DNA of 64,000 nucleotides from Chloroflexota bacterium. Its GTDB lineage: Bacteria; Chloroflexota; Dormibacteria; CF-121. The stretch's first letter is position 1. Each line of letters starts with the position of its first letter. Location: NCBI GenBank assembly GCA_005881215.1, contig VBDZ01000008.1, positions 2,275 through 66,274 on the forward strand, given 5' to 3'. The translations under genes and the position numbers were made by a program. This document shows positions 17,954 to 27,648 of this stretch, piece after piece. Below the pieces are notes generated by a model. That model did no database searches and was not told the origin of the DNA. It saw only the letters and a program-made list of their open reading frames with translations.

Positions 17954-18604
17954 TTATGCAACGTGGGCGGCGGGTTTCCCCGTCAGCACGAAGCGCCTGG
18001 AGAACCGCGAAATGATTGCATCCTCAACCGCCGCCATGGGGGGCGCCACACCCAGCTCGAGCGCCATCGAGGTCACGCCCTTGTCCGGGAGGCCGCAGGC
18101 CAGGATGTGGGTGAAGAGGCTCAGGTCGGTCGACACGTTGAGCGCAAAGCCATGGGTGGTCACGCCTTGCGAGACCTTGACCCCGATGGCAGCGATCTTT
18201 CGGTCGCCCAGCCAGACGCCCGTATAGCCCTCCAGCCGTCCGGCAAGGATTTCAAAATCGGCCAGCACGTCGATCAGGCACCCCTCGAGGTTGCGCAGGT
18301 ACCGGCCGACGTCGGGTTGCGGTCCGAGATCGAGGATCGGATAGCCGACCAGCTGGCCCGGGCCGTGATATGTGACATCACCGCCGCGGTCGACGTCGAG
18401 GCAGGTGATACCGCGCGCCTCCATCTCCGCCTCGCTGAGAAAGACGTGGTCGCGGGTGCCGCTTCGGCCGATGGTGTAGGTGTGCGGGTGCTCGAGCAGG
18501 ATGAGCGTGTCCGGCACGATCCCGGCGCGCCGGCCGCCGGCCAGCCGATTCTGCAGCGCCCAGGCCTCCTCGTATGGAACCAGTCCGAGCCGGCGGACGT
18601 CCAT
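17954..18604 (-). CDS. lipB: Octanoyltransferase LipB
   Basis: In ORF 17954..18724, starting at ATG 18604 (MDVRRLGLVPYEEAW). Motifs HPHTYTIGR, GGDVTYHGPGQLVGYPIL and KIAAIGVKV. The start is 1 nt after the lipA stop. Confidence 0.9.
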   Translation of the reverse strand: MDVRRLGLVPYEEAWALQNRLAGGRRAGIVPDTLILLEHPHTYTIGRSGTRDHVFLSEAEMEARGITCLDVDRGGDVTYHGPGQLVGYPILDLGPQPDVGRYLRNLEGCLIDVLADFEILAGRLEGYTGVWLGDRKIAAIGVKVSQGVTTHGFALNVSTDLSLFTHILACGLPDKGVTSMALELGVAPPMAAVEDAIISRFSRRFVLTGKPAAHVA

Positions 18605-18605
18605 G

Positions 18606-19532
18606 TCAGCCAGCGGCGGCGCGGGCCGGTACCTGACTGGCCGCGTGGTACGAGCTGCGCACCAGTGGCCCGGATTCCACATGACGGAAGCCGAGCTTGA
18701 GCGCCTCCACTTTGAGCACCGCAAATTCCTCCGGGGTCACGTATCGCGCGATCGGCAGGTGGTTGGCCGTCGGCCGAAGGTACTGACCGACGGTCAGGAT
18801 CTCGACGTCATGCGCCCGCAAATCGCGGAAGACCTGGATCACCTCGTCGAGCTCCTCCCCCAGGCCGAGCATGATGCCGGACTTGACATAGACGGTTGCG
18901 TCCATCCGCTTGGCGCGCTGCAATAATTCCAGCGAGCGCGGGTAACGGCCCTTCGGCCGTACCTGTGGGTACAGGCTGGGAACGGTCTCGATGTTGTGGT
19001 TGAGGATGTCAGGGCGCGCCCGCATCACGGTCGCCAGCGCCGCCTCGTCGCCCATGAAATCCGGGATCAGAACCTCGATGCCGCACTGCGGAATCCGCTT
19101 GCGAATCTGCCGGATGGTGCCGGCGAAGATGGCGGCGCCCCCATCCTCGAGCTCGTCGCGGTTGACCGAGGTGATGACGGCGTGCTTGAGGCCCATCCGC
19201 TCGACCGCTTCCGCCACCCGAATCGGCTCGCCCAGGTCGAGCACGCCCGGCCGACCGGTCTTCACCGCGCAGAAGCCGCAGGCCCGGGTACAGGTGTCGC
19301 CCAGGATCATGAAGGTGGCCGTGCGCGCGTTCCAGCACTCGCCGATGTTGGGGCAGCGCGCCTCCTCACAGACGGTGTGCAGGTCGAGCCCGCGCATGAT
19401 GCCCTTCAGTTCGGAGTAGTTCTGGCCGCCGGGCAGGCGGACCCGGAGCCAGTCCGGGCGGCGGGTGTCGATCGGGACGACGGCGTTGCGCTTGGAGCGG
19501 CCGTAGAACTTGATTGGTGCGACGTCAGCCAT
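18606..19532 (-). CDS. lipA: Lipoyl synthase LipA
   Basis: 308 aa. N-terminal cluster [12 protein letters not shown] and radical-SAM motif CTRACGFC. Confidence 0.95.
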   Translation of the reverse strand: MADVAPIKFYGRSKRNAVVPIDTRRPDWLRVRLPGGQNYSELKGIMRGLDLHTVCEEARCPNIGECWNARTATFMILGDTCTRACGFCAVKTGRPGVLDLGEPIRVAEAVERMGLKHAVITSVNRDELEDGGAAIFAGTIRQIRKRIPQCGIEVLIPDFMGDEAALATVMRARPDILNHNIETVPSLYPQVRPKGRYPRSLELLQRAKRMDATVYVKSGIMLGLGEELDEVIQVFRDLRAHDVEILTVGQYLRPTANHLPIARYVTPEEFAVLKVEALKLGFRHVESGPLVRSSYHAASQVPARAAAG

Positions 19533-19568
19533 GGTTATCAGTATCCCAAAGGTCGGCCGAATTCGGCG

Positions 19569-20837
19569 TCAATACAACGGAACTTGTTCCGAAAACCCCT
19601 CCAGCCAGCGCCGGACGCCCTGCAGGAAGCGGGCGGCCGAGACCCCGTCCAGCACCCGGTGATCGAAGCTCAGGCAGAGATTCATCATCGATCGGATGGC
19701 GATCGCGTCGCCGTCCAGCACCACCGGGCGTTTCACGATCGCGTCCATCGCCAGGATGCCGGCCTGTGGTGGCGCAATGATCGAGTACGACAGGATGGTC
19801 CCGAAGGTGCCGGGATTATTGACCGTAAAGGTCGCGGCCTGGACGTCGGGGATGGTCAGTTTTGTAGCGCGGGCCCGGCGGGCGAGGTCGTCGATCGATT
19901 TCGCCAGGCCGGCGATCGACATCCGGTCGGCCTGGTGAACGACCGGCACGATCAAGCCGTCTTCGACCGACACGGCGACCCCGATGTTGATGTCTTTGTG
20001 CAGAACCACGCCGTCGTCGCTCCAGCTGGCGTTGAGGACCGGCACTGCCTTGAGGCCCTCGACGACCGCCTTGACGATGATCGGTACGAAGGTCAGATCG
20101 ACACCCTCGCGCTGTTTGAAGCTGTCCTTGACCTGTTGGCGGAAGCGGACGACGTTCGTCATGTCGACCTCGGCCACCGTCCAGGCGTGCGGGATCGTCT
20201 GCTTGCTCTTCAGCATGTTGCTGGCGATCGCACGGCGCATCGGCGTGAGCGGCACCGTGGTCTCGGCTCCTGGTACCGCGGGCGCTTCCGCCACGGCCTG
20301 ACGCTGCTCGCCATTTGCGGCGACCGGCTGGGCGCGGCGTCCGACGAAGTCCTCGATGTCCTTCTTGCTGATCCTCCCGCCGACGCCCGAACCCTGGATG
20401 CGACCCAGCTCGGCGTCGGTGATGTGATGCTCCTCGATCAGGGCGCGAACGGCAGGCGATAGGCGGGTGCGAGACTCTGTCGACCCCCCACCCAGGGCCT
20501 CGCCCGGCATCGGGGCGGCAACCGCTGGCGCCGATTCCTGCGCGACTGGTTGTGGCTCCCTCCCCCGCTCGCGGGGGATGGTCGGGGTGGGGGCGGCTGC
20601 CACCGATTCCTCGATCACTGCGATTTCGGTCCCCACCGTGACCGTGGTTCCCTCTTTGACCTTGATCTCTTTGAGCACCCCGGCCAGCGGCGCCGGAATC
20701 TCCGCGTTGACCTTGTCAGTGATCACCTCGACCAGCCCCTCGTATTTCTTGACCTGGTCGCCCGGCTGCTTGAGCCATTTCGAGATCGTGCCCTCGGTGA
20801 TCGACTCACCGAGCTGCGGCATTTTGACGGAGGCCAT
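19569..20837 (-). CDS. Dihydrolipoamide acyltransferase (E2) of a 2-oxoacid dehydrogenase complex
   Basis: The true start is ATG 20837 (MASVKMPQLGESITEGT). Lipoyl-lysine motif VITDKVNAEIP, a peripheral subunit-binding domain, and catalytic DHRVLDG. The upstream 214 codons of the 637-aa ORF overlap E1beta in another frame. Confidence 0.92.
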   Translation of the reverse strand: MASVKMPQLGESITEGTISKWLKQPGDQVKKYEGLVEVITDKVNAEIPAPLAGVLKEIKVKEGTTVTVGTEIAVIEESVAAAPTPTIPRERGREPQPVAQESAPAVAAPMPGEALGGGSTESRTRLSPAVRALIEEHHITDAELGRIQGSGVGGRISKKDIEDFVGRRAQPVAANGEQRQAVAEAPAVPGAETTVPLTPMRRAIASNMLKSKQTIPHAWTVAEVDMTNVVRFRQQVKDSFKQREGVDLTFVPIIVKAVVEGLKAVPVLNASWSDDGVVLHKDINIGVAVSVEDGLIVPVVHQADRMSIAGLAKSIDDLARRARATKLTIPDVQAATFTVNNPGTFGTILSYSIIAPPQAGILAMDAIVKRPVVLDGDAIAIRSMMNLCLSFDHRVLDGVSAARFLQGVRRWLEGFSEQVPLY

Positions 20838-20851
20838 CGGGGTACCCCGCC

Positions 20852-21835
20852 CTAGTAGGCGGCCAGCTCCTTTGCCTTGGCGAGGATTTTTTCCGCGTTT
20901 GGCATGAAGGCATCCTCGAGCACGTGGTTGAACGGCATGGCGGGCACGTCCGGCCCGGTCAGCCGCATCACGGGGGCGTCGAGCGCATCGAAGGCGTTCT
21001 CCATGATGATCGCGCTCACCTCGGCGGCAATGCCGGCAAACCGGTTGTCTTCGTGGACGACGAGCACCTTGCCCGTCTTCTTCGCGGTGGCGAGGATGGC
21101 GGCCTGGTCGATCGGCTTGATGGTGCGCAGGTCGAGCACCTCGGCCGAAACGCCATCCGCTGCCAGCTTCTCCGCCACCTCCAGGCAGTAGGTGAGCATC
21201 AGCCCGTAGGCGATCAGGCTGAGATCCTTTCCTTCTCGTTTGATCTCGGCCTTGCCGATCGGGACCACCCCGTCGCCATCGGGAACCTCGCCTTTGACCA
21301 GCCGGTAGGCCCGCTTGTGCTCGAGGAAGAGGACCGGGTCGGGATCGCGGACGGCCGCCTTGAGCAGACCCTTGGCATCGGCCGGCGTCCCCGGCGCGAC
21401 GACCTTCAAGCCGGGGATGTGGCTGAAGGTCGCCTCGATACTCTGCGAGTGGTAGAGCGCGCCATGCACCCCGCCACCCCACGGCGCTCGGATCACCATC
21501 GGCAGGTTGAAGTCCCCGGCGGTCCGGTAGCAGAAGCGGGCGGCCTCTTCGATGATCTGGTTCATCGCCGGTGCGATGAAGTCGGCAAACTGAATTTCGG
21601 CAATCGGCCGCATGCCGTTGACGGCCGCGCCGATCGCCACCCCCACGATGCAGGACTCGGCGAGCGGCGAGTCGATCACGCGATCCTCACCGTATTTCTT
21701 GTAGAGGCCGTCACTGGCCAGGAACACGCCGCCGCGCTGGCCGACGTCCTCGCCGATCAGAAAGACGGAGGGGTCGCGCGCCATCTCCTCGTCCATCCCC
21801 TCGCGGATCGCCTCGATGTAGGTCTTGACCGCCAT
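20852..21835 (-). CDS. 2-oxoacid dehydrogenase E1 component, beta subunit
   Basis: 327 aa: MAVKTYIEAIREGMDEEMARDPSVFLIGEDVG.... The start overlaps the E1alpha stop by 1 nt. Confidence 0.93.
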   Translation of the reverse strand: MAVKTYIEAIREGMDEEMARDPSVFLIGEDVGQRGGVFLASDGLYKKYGEDRVIDSPLAESCIVGVAIGAAVNGMRPIAEIQFADFIAPAMNQIIEEAARFCYRTAGDFNLPMVIRAPWGGGVHGALYHSQSIEATFSHIPGLKVVAPGTPADAKGLLKAAVRDPDPVLFLEHKRAYRLVKGEVPDGDGVVPIGKAEIKREGKDLSLIAYGLMLTYCLEVAEKLAADGVSAEVLDLRTIKPIDQAAILATAKKTGKVLVVHEDNRFAGIAAEVSAIIMENAFDALDAPVMRLTGPDVPAMPFNHVLEDAFMPNAEKILAKAKELAAY

Positions 21836-22872
21836 CAGGGCCGCGGCTCCTGCTTGTAGACGAACTTCGTCAGCTCCTCGGGCGTGGGGTCCGGGGCTTG
21901 CTCGGCATATTCCGTCGCGTCGTCCACCTGCTGCTCGATCCGCTCGCTGATCTCCTGCTCGACCGGATCGGTCAGCGTGCCGCTCTCACGCAGGTATTTC
22001 GCGTACCGCTGGATTGGATCCTTCTGGCGCCAGATGGCGACCTCTTCGGCCTGCCGGTAGCGGCGGTCGTCATCGTCGCTCGAATGCGCCGTGAAGCGGT
22101 AGGTCTTGGCCTCGATCAGGGTCGGGCCATCGCCGCGCCGGGCACGTTCCACGGCTGTGCGGGCGACCTCGTAGCACGCCAGTATGTCGTTCCCATCGAC
22201 GACGACCCCGGGGAAGCCATAGCCCGCGGCGCGATCCGCCACGTTCTGAATCGCCATCTGGTGGCTCTGCGGCACGGAGATGGCGTAGCCGTTGTTCTCG
22301 CAGACGAAGATGACGGCCAGCTTGTGGATGCTGGCGAAGTTCATCGCCTCGTGGCAATCGCCCTGGCTGGCGCCCCCTTCCCCGAAGAAGGTGGCGGTGA
22401 CCGCGTCCTCCTTGCGTTGTTTCGAGGCCAGCGCCACCCCGGCGGCATGCAGCAGCTGGGTCGCCACCGGGCTGCCCCCGGTGACGATGTGCAGCCGCTT
22501 GCTGCCGTAGTGCCCGGGCATCTGCCGGCCGCCGCTGTTGGGGTCCTCGCGCCGGGCGAAGAAGGACAGCATCTGATCCCGCGCGGTCATGCCGAACCAG
22601 AGCACGACGCCGGCATCGCGGTAATAGGGCGCCACCCAGTCATGGCCGGGCCGCAGGGCCGCGGCAGTGCCGACCTGCGCGCCCTCCTGACCCTGGCAGG
22701 AGATGACAAACGGGGCGCGGCCCTGCCGGTTGATCAGCCACATCCGCTCGTCGACCGCGCGTGCCAGCCGCATCACTTCGTACATGCGCAGCGCCTGGTC
22801 GTCGGTCAACCCGAGCGAGCGATGCCGGCTCTGCCCGCCCTTGGCTTCGACCTCCTGGGTCTTGGTCGCCAT
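21835..22872 (-). CDS. 2-oxoacid dehydrogenase E1 component, alpha subunit (TPP-dependent)
   Basis: In ORF 21835..22899; the likely ATG is 22872, 4 nt after the lpd stop. Motifs GEGGASQGDCHEAMNFA, NNGYAIS and TYRFTAHSSDDD. Confidence 0.9.
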   Translation of the reverse strand: MATKTQEVEAKGGQSRHRSLGLTDDQALRMYEVMRLARAVDERMWLINRQGRAPFVISCQGQEGAQVGTAAALRPGHDWVAPYYRDAGVVLWFGMTARDQMLSFFARREDPNSGGRQMPGHYGSKRLHIVTGGSPVATQLLHAAGVALASKQRKEDAVTATFFGEGGASQGDCHEAMNFASIHKLAVIFVCENNGYAISVPQSHQMAIQNVADRAAGYGFPGVVVDGNDILACYEVARTAVERARRGDGPTLIEAKTYRFTAHSSDDDDRRYRQAEEVAIWRQKDPIQRYAKYLRESGTLTDPVEQEISERIEQQVDDATEYAEQAPDPTPEELTKFVYKQEPRP

Positions 22873-22876
22873 CCCG

Positions 22877-24268
22877 CTAGATGTGGATCGCGAGGCCATC
22901 GACGGCCAGCGCGGCCTCCTTGACGGATTCCGATACGGTCGGATGCGGATGGATGCTGGCGCCGATCTCCCAGGGCGTCGACTCCAGGAGCTTTGCCAGC
23001 GCCGTCTCCGAGATCAGCTCGGTGGCGTTCGGCCCGAGGATGAAGACCCCGAGCAGATCGCCCGAGTCTTCGTCGCTGATGATCTTGACGAAGCCTTCGG
23101 TCTCTCCCAGGATCACGGACTTCGCGTTCCCGACCAGGGGGAACTTGCCGACCTTGACCTTGAGCCCCTGGTCGCGCGCTTGCTTCTCGGAGAGACCGAG
23201 GCTGGCCACCTGCGGGTAGCTGTAGGTCGCCCGGGGGACGCGGTTGTAGTCGAGCGGCTTGGGATTCTTGCCGGCGATGACCTCCATGATGTGCTCGCCT
23301 TCGTAATAGGCGACGTGGGCGAGCAGGAAATTGCCGATGACGTCTCCCGCGGCGTAGACGTTGGGATGCCCGGTCCGGTAGTGCTCGTCGGTCTTGATGA
23401 AGCCCTTCTCGATCTGGATGTCGAGCTTCTCTAGCCCAAACCCGTCGGTGATCCCCTGACGGCCCACCGCGAGCAGCAGGCGCTCGCCGTCGATGGTCTG
23501 GGTCTCCGCTCCGGTCTTGACCGCGACCGTCATCCGGCCGTTGACCTGCTTCAGGCTCTCCGGTTCAACTTGTGCCCCGGTCATCACCTTGATGCCCCGT
23601 TTGCTAAGAATTTTTGCCAACTGCTGACCCACCTCCGCGTCTTCCGCGGGCAGCAGGGTCGGCAAAAACTCGACGAGCGTGACATCGCCGCCGTAGCCGT
23701 TGTAGACGCAGGCGAACTCGGTTCCCACCGCGCCGGCCCCGACGATCACGATCGATTTCGGCATCTGGTCGAGGTTTACGGCGTGGTCGCTGTTGATCAC
23801 CCGGTTGCCGTCCATGGTCAGGCCGGGCAAGGACTTCGGCCGCGACCCGGTGGCAACCACCAGGTTCTTGGCGTTGATCGCCTGGCCGCTGTCTTTGACT
23901 GTGACCGTGTGCTCCGATTCGATGTTGGCTTCGCCTTTGATGACCGTCACCTTGTTCTTCTTCAGGAGGAACTCGGTGCCACGCCAGAGCTGGTTGACCA
24001 CCGCCTCCTTTCGCTTCAGCACCGCCGGCCAGTCGACCTGCAGTTCGGCTTTGAGCCCGAGCGCCTCGGCGCTGTGCAGCTGGTGCGCCAGCTCGGACGA
24101 ATGCAAGAAGGACTTGGTCGGGATGCAGCCGCGATGCAGGCAGGTGCCGCCGACCTTTTCCTTCTCGATAACTGCGACCTTGAGCCCCAGCTGGGCCCCA
24201 CGAATGGCACCGACATATCCGGCGGAGCCGCCGCCGATGACGGCTACGTCGAACGCCTCATCGGGCAT
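22877..24268 (-). CDS. lpdA: Dihydrolipoyl dehydrogenase (E3)
   Basis: In ORF 22877..24385, starting at ATG 24268 (MPDEAFDVAVIGGGSAGY). Redox-active GGTCLHRGCIPTK and C-terminal HPHPTVSE. Confidence 0.93.
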   Translation of the reverse strand: MPDEAFDVAVIGGGSAGYVGAIRGAQLGLKVAVIEKEKVGGTCLHRGCIPTKSFLHSSELAHQLHSAEALGLKAELQVDWPAVLKRKEAVVNQLWRGTEFLLKKNKVTVIKGEANIESEHTVTVKDSGQAINAKNLVVATGSRPKSLPGLTMDGNRVINSDHAVNLDQMPKSIVIVGAGAVGTEFACVYNGYGGDVTLVEFLPTLLPAEDAEVGQQLAKILSKRGIKVMTGAQVEPESLKQVNGRMTVAVKTGAETQTIDGERLLLAVGRQGITDGFGLEKLDIQIEKGFIKTDEHYRTGHPNVYAAGDVIGNFLLAHVAYYEGEHIMEVIAGKNPKPLDYNRVPRATYSYPQVASLGLSEKQARDQGLKVKVGKFPLVGNAKSVILGETEGFVKIISDEDSGDLLGVFILGPNATELISETALAKLLESTPWEIGASIHPHPTVSESVKEAALAVDGLAIHI

Positions 24269-24302
24269 ACGAATCGATTGTAGCCACCAGACCGGGGCGA
24301 GC

Positions 24303-25583
24303 CTAACCCTCGAGGATGGCCAGCGCGGCGGCCAGCTGCGTGTCCTTGGCGAAGTCATTGGGCGTCGCGTCAACCGCATACTCATCCAGCGCGCTGGCGA
24401 GCGTCACGGTCTTGTCCGGGGTGATGCCGGTCTTTTCGATCGAGTGGCGGTTCGGGGTGAGCCAGTAGGCGATCGTCAGGTGGAGGTCGGCATCGCCCCG
24501 CAGCGGGTAGTCCTGCTGGACCGAGCCTTTGCCGAAGGTCTTGACGCCCACCAGCTTCCCCCTTGAATGGTCCTTGAGGGCGCCCGCCGTGATCTCAGAG
24601 GCGCTCGCCGAGTTCTCGTTGACCAGCACCGCCAGCGGTACGGAGAAGGCGCGCCCGTCGCCGGTGACTTTCTCCACCTGTTCTTGCCCGCCGCGCCGGA
24701 CCAGGATGGTGCTGGTCCCGGAGCGAACGAACTCGCTGATGATGCTGTTCGCCGCGTCCACGTAGCCGCCCGGGTTGTCGCGCAGGTCGAGCAGCACCAT
24801 CGTGACCGAGCCCTTCAGGTTGGTCTTCAGCGCCTGGTCGAAATCGGACGCCGTCTTCGTCCCGAAGTCGAAGACCCGGATATACAGCACGCGGTTGTCG
24901 AAGATATGCGTGCTGACGCTCGGGACGTTGATTTCCGCGCGGGTCAGGTTGAAGGTGAGCGTCTGGCCGTTCCGGCTGACCTGCAGCTGGACCTGGGTGT
25001 TGGCCTTCCCCCGGATGTGATTGACGGCCTCGTCCGCCGTCCAGCCCTTGGCGCTCTGCCCATCGACCGCGGTGATGGCGTCACCGGCCTTGATGCCGGC
25101 CTTTTCAGCCGGCGTGTTCGGCAACACGCCGGCGATCACGACCTGGTCGCCTTTCTGCTGGACGGATGCGCCGATGCCGGCGAACTGACCGGCGAGGAAA
25201 CTCTGGTTCGCGCGGTATTCGTCCGGTGTCAGGTAACGGGAGAACTGGTCGCCGAGCGCCCCGACCATCCCGGAGGCGGCGCCCTGGGTGAGCTTCGTGC
25301 CGTCCGGGTTGGGCTTGACGTAGTGCTGCTGGATGCTGGTGAAGACGTCGTTGAGCGCCCCGTAATCGACATTCGATTTCGGCGGCGTGTAGAAGAGCAG
25401 TGCCTTCGCCCAATCGGGCGCGTAGCCGCCCCATTGGAACTCGGCCAGGCTGCCGGCATAAAACGCGCCGATCGCGACCGCCAGGAGGATCGCGATGTTT
25501 CGGACTCGGGACATCAGTGGATTATCGCCCCGGGTGGGCGCGACCTGAGGCCGGAGCGGCCCCGCCGCGCGGGGATCGATCAC
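24303..25583 (-). CDS. S41 family C-terminal processing peptidase (PDZ-containing)
   Basis: 426 aa from GTG 25583 (GTGA overlap with the upstream stop), or from ATG 25514. N-terminal anchor, PDZ (GIGASVQQKGDQVVIAGVLPNTPAEKAGI) and SASASE. Confidence 0.88.
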   Translation of the reverse strand: MIDPRAAGPLRPQVAPTRGDNPLMSRVRNIAILLAVAIGAFYAGSLAEFQWGGYAPDWAKALLFYTPPKSNVDYGALNDVFTSIQQHYVKPNPDGTKLTQGAASGMVGALGDQFSRYLTPDEYRANQSFLAGQFAGIGASVQQKGDQVVIAGVLPNTPAEKAGIKAGDAITAVDGQSAKGWTADEAVNHIRGKANTQVQLQVSRNGQTLTFNLTRAEINVPSVSTHIFDNRVLYIRVFDFGTKTASDFDQALKTNLKGSVTMVLLDLRDNPGGYVDAANSIISEFVRSGTSTILVRRGGQEQVEKVTGDGRAFSVPLAVLVNENSASASEITAGALKDHSRGKLVGVKTFGKGSVQQDYPLRGDADLHLTIAYWLTPNRHSIEKTGITPDKTVTLASALDEYAVDATPNDFAKDTQLAAALAILEG

Positions 25584-26749
25584 GAAGCCGGCAGGTACGC
25601 GAGCGGATCGACGGGCGTACCGGCCAGGTCGATCTCGAAGTGGACGTGCGGGCCGGTGGAGTTGCCGGTCGACCCTTCGTAGCCGATCACGGTGTCCTTA
25701 TCAACCTGGACTCCGTCGCCCACCGCCCAACTGGAGAGGTGGCCATAGAGGGTGGTAAAGCCGCCGGCGTGAACCATCACCACGTAACGACCGTAGCCAC
25801 ACAGCCCGCCGCCCCACCCGCAGCCCATGGTGAAGTTGTGGACGATGCCGCCGTCCGCCGCATGCACCGGGGTGCCGTAGTCGGTCGCAATGTCGAGGCC
25901 GCTATGGAAGTGATGGCTCGGGCAGCTCGGATCGTATGGTTCGAAGGGATAGGTGGTACACCCGAAGCCCTGGGTGATGACGCCGTCGATCGGCCACTTC
26001 CATTTTCCGGATGACCGCGCCCGGAAGCTCTCGTGGATGAGCGACGCGATTTGCGCCTGGAGCGCCGCCCGCTGGGCTTCCATATCCGCCAGCATCTGCT
26101 GGAAGCGGGCCTCGATGGCGGCGATCTGCTTCACGCTGGCTGCCCGCTGGTCGCGGATCGCCTGCAGCTGGGTCTTTTGGTCCTGGATCTGCTTGACCAC
26201 CTGCGCCTGCTGAGCCTGCTTGGCTTCGAGGTCGGCCTTCATGGCCTCGATCGCGGCCCGCTCCTTCTGCAGCTCCGCCAGCTGGCGGCGGTCTTCACGA
26301 ACGATGTCATTGAAGAAAAAGATCCGGTTCATCAGGTCGGTGAAGTTCGCCGCGGAGAAGACCAGCTCCAGCCCACTGACCTGGCCGCTCTTGTACATGA
26401 TCCGCATCCGATGGCCGAAATCGGCGATGTGTTGCGCCAGCTCGGCCTGCTTGAGGGCGAGCTGCTCTTTGGCCAGGTCCACCTGCTGACCGAGCTGGAT
26501 CAGCTTCGCCGTCTCCTGGTCGATCTGGACCTGGACGGCCTGCAGCTGCGAATCGAGACTGGCGATCTGGCTCTGGAGTTGCCGCTCCTGGCTGAGGAGC
26601 TGCCCGATCTGGGCCTTGGTGGCGATGATCTGTCCATTGAGCCCCTGTAGCTGTTTCTGCTTGTCGTACACGGTGTCGGAGACCGTGCTCAGCAGCGCCC
26701 CGGCCAGCACCACGATGGCCAATGCCGTCTGGAAGCGCGCCGACCTCAC
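25580..26749 (-). CDS. M23 family metallopeptidase with N-terminal coiled coil (EnvC-like)
   Basis: 389 aa. Long Q/L-rich coiled coil, then HSGLDIA and GPHVHFEI. Confidence 0.88.
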   Translation of the reverse strand: MRSARFQTALAIVVLAGALLSTVSDTVYDKQKQLQGLNGQIIATKAQIGQLLSQERQLQSQIASLDSQLQAVQVQIDQETAKLIQLGQQVDLAKEQLALKQAELAQHIADFGHRMRIMYKSGQVSGLELVFSAANFTDLMNRIFFFNDIVREDRRQLAELQKERAAIEAMKADLEAKQAQQAQVVKQIQDQKTQLQAIRDQRAASVKQIAAIEARFQQMLADMEAQRAALQAQIASLIHESFRARSSGKWKWPIDGVITQGFGCTTYPFEPYDPSCPSHHFHSGLDIATDYGTPVHAADGGIVHNFTMGCGWGGGLCGYGRYVVMVHAGGFTTLYGHLSSWAVGDGVQVDKDTVIGYEGSTGNSTGPHVHFEIDLAGTPVDPLAYLPAS

Positions 26750-27648
26750 TGCTTGAGGAACCGCCTTACGCCCAGATAACTCCCAACGCTTCCGAGTAAC
26801 AGCCCGAAGCCAAGCATCGCCGCCAGCACGACCCGCAGGTAGGACGGGTCAAAGGCGAGCGGAACGAAGATCAGCACGCTCTGCAGGTTGATCACCGCCG
26901 GCCGATAGCCGAAGCCAACGATGACGACGGCGACCACAGCGCCAATGACACCAACGATCAGCCCCTCGACGATGAAGGGCCAGCGCACGAACCAGTCGGT
27001 CGCCCCCACCAGCTTCATGACCTCGATCTCCTTCCGCCGCAGGTAGATCGCGGTTCGGATGGTGAGCATGATGATGAAGACGGAAAGCCCGGTCAGCCCG
27101 ATGATCAACACCAGTCCGGCGATGCCGGCGACCCGCGCCAGCAGGATGATCTTGTCGATCACATTCGGTTCGTAGTTGGTCGCCGGCGACTTGTCGACCA
27201 GGGGCGAGGTCCGCACCTCTTGATCGATCGCGCCCAGGTCGCGGATGTCCCGGACGGTGACGTCCAGGCTGGCCGGCAGGGGGTTGGTGCCCAGGGTATC
27301 GATCACGCTTGGGTCCAACGCCGGCAGCTGCCGGAACCTTGCCAGCGCCTGGTCCTTGGAGACGTAGGTGACGTTGGTCACCCGCGGGTCCTGCTCGAGG
27401 TGCAGCTTGAAATCCATGGCGCTGCTGAGGGGCGTCGTATCCGCCAGGTAGACCGAGATCGCGCTGGCCTTGGTCTTTTCCAGGGCCACGATCTGGTCCA
27501 GCGAGTGGAGGACGAGCAGCAGGCTCCCCAGGGCCAGCAGCACCACCCAGACGATGAGCACGCTCGCGACGCTGACCGCGGCATTCCGCCAGAAGTTCTG
27601 CCAGGCGCTGCTGAAGGCAAAGTCAATGCGATTCCAGAGCCGGTGCAT
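26746..27648 (-). CDS. ftsX: Cell division ABC transporter permease-like protein FtsX
   Basis: In ORF 26746..27678. ATG 27648 is preceded by GGGAGGG plus 4 nt. MHRLWNRIDFAFSSAWQNFWRN, four TM helices. It overlaps the ftsE 3' end by 26 nt. Confidence 0.88.
   Translation of the reverse strand: MHRLWNRIDFAFSSAWQNFWRNAAVSVASVLIVWVVLLALGSLLLVLHSLDQIVALEKTKASAISVYLADTTPLSSAMDFKLHLEQDPRVTNVTYVSKDQALARFRQLPALDPSVIDTLGTNPLPASLDVTVRDIRDLGAIDQEVRTSPLVDKSPATNYEPNVIDKIILLARVAGIAGLVLIIGLTGLSVFIIMLTIRTAIYLRRKEIEVMKLVGATDWFVRWPFIVEGLIVGVIGAVVAVVIVGFGYRPAVINLQSVLIFVPLAFDPSYLRVVLAAMLGFGLLLGSVGSYLGVRRFLKQ

Noticed and set aside
20570-20600. G-rich stretch (gggggatggtcggggtgggggcgg) resembling the intergenic G-run repeat
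   Set aside because: It lies inside the E2 linker coding region on the antisense strand. It has only three runs of three or more G and lacks the CCCTCCCCC partner, so it is not a member of the repeat family.
20838-21482. N-terminal 214-codon extension of the E2 ORF (637-aa ORF 19569..21482)
   Set aside because: The extension overlaps E1beta in another frame and is Arg/Gly-rich. The lipoyl domain begins at MASVKMPQLGES (ATG 20837), just after the E1beta stop. The same reasoning was applied to the extensions of ORFs 55328..57724, 49200..50789, 50737..52506, 60808..61767, 8663..10147 and 9418..10995.
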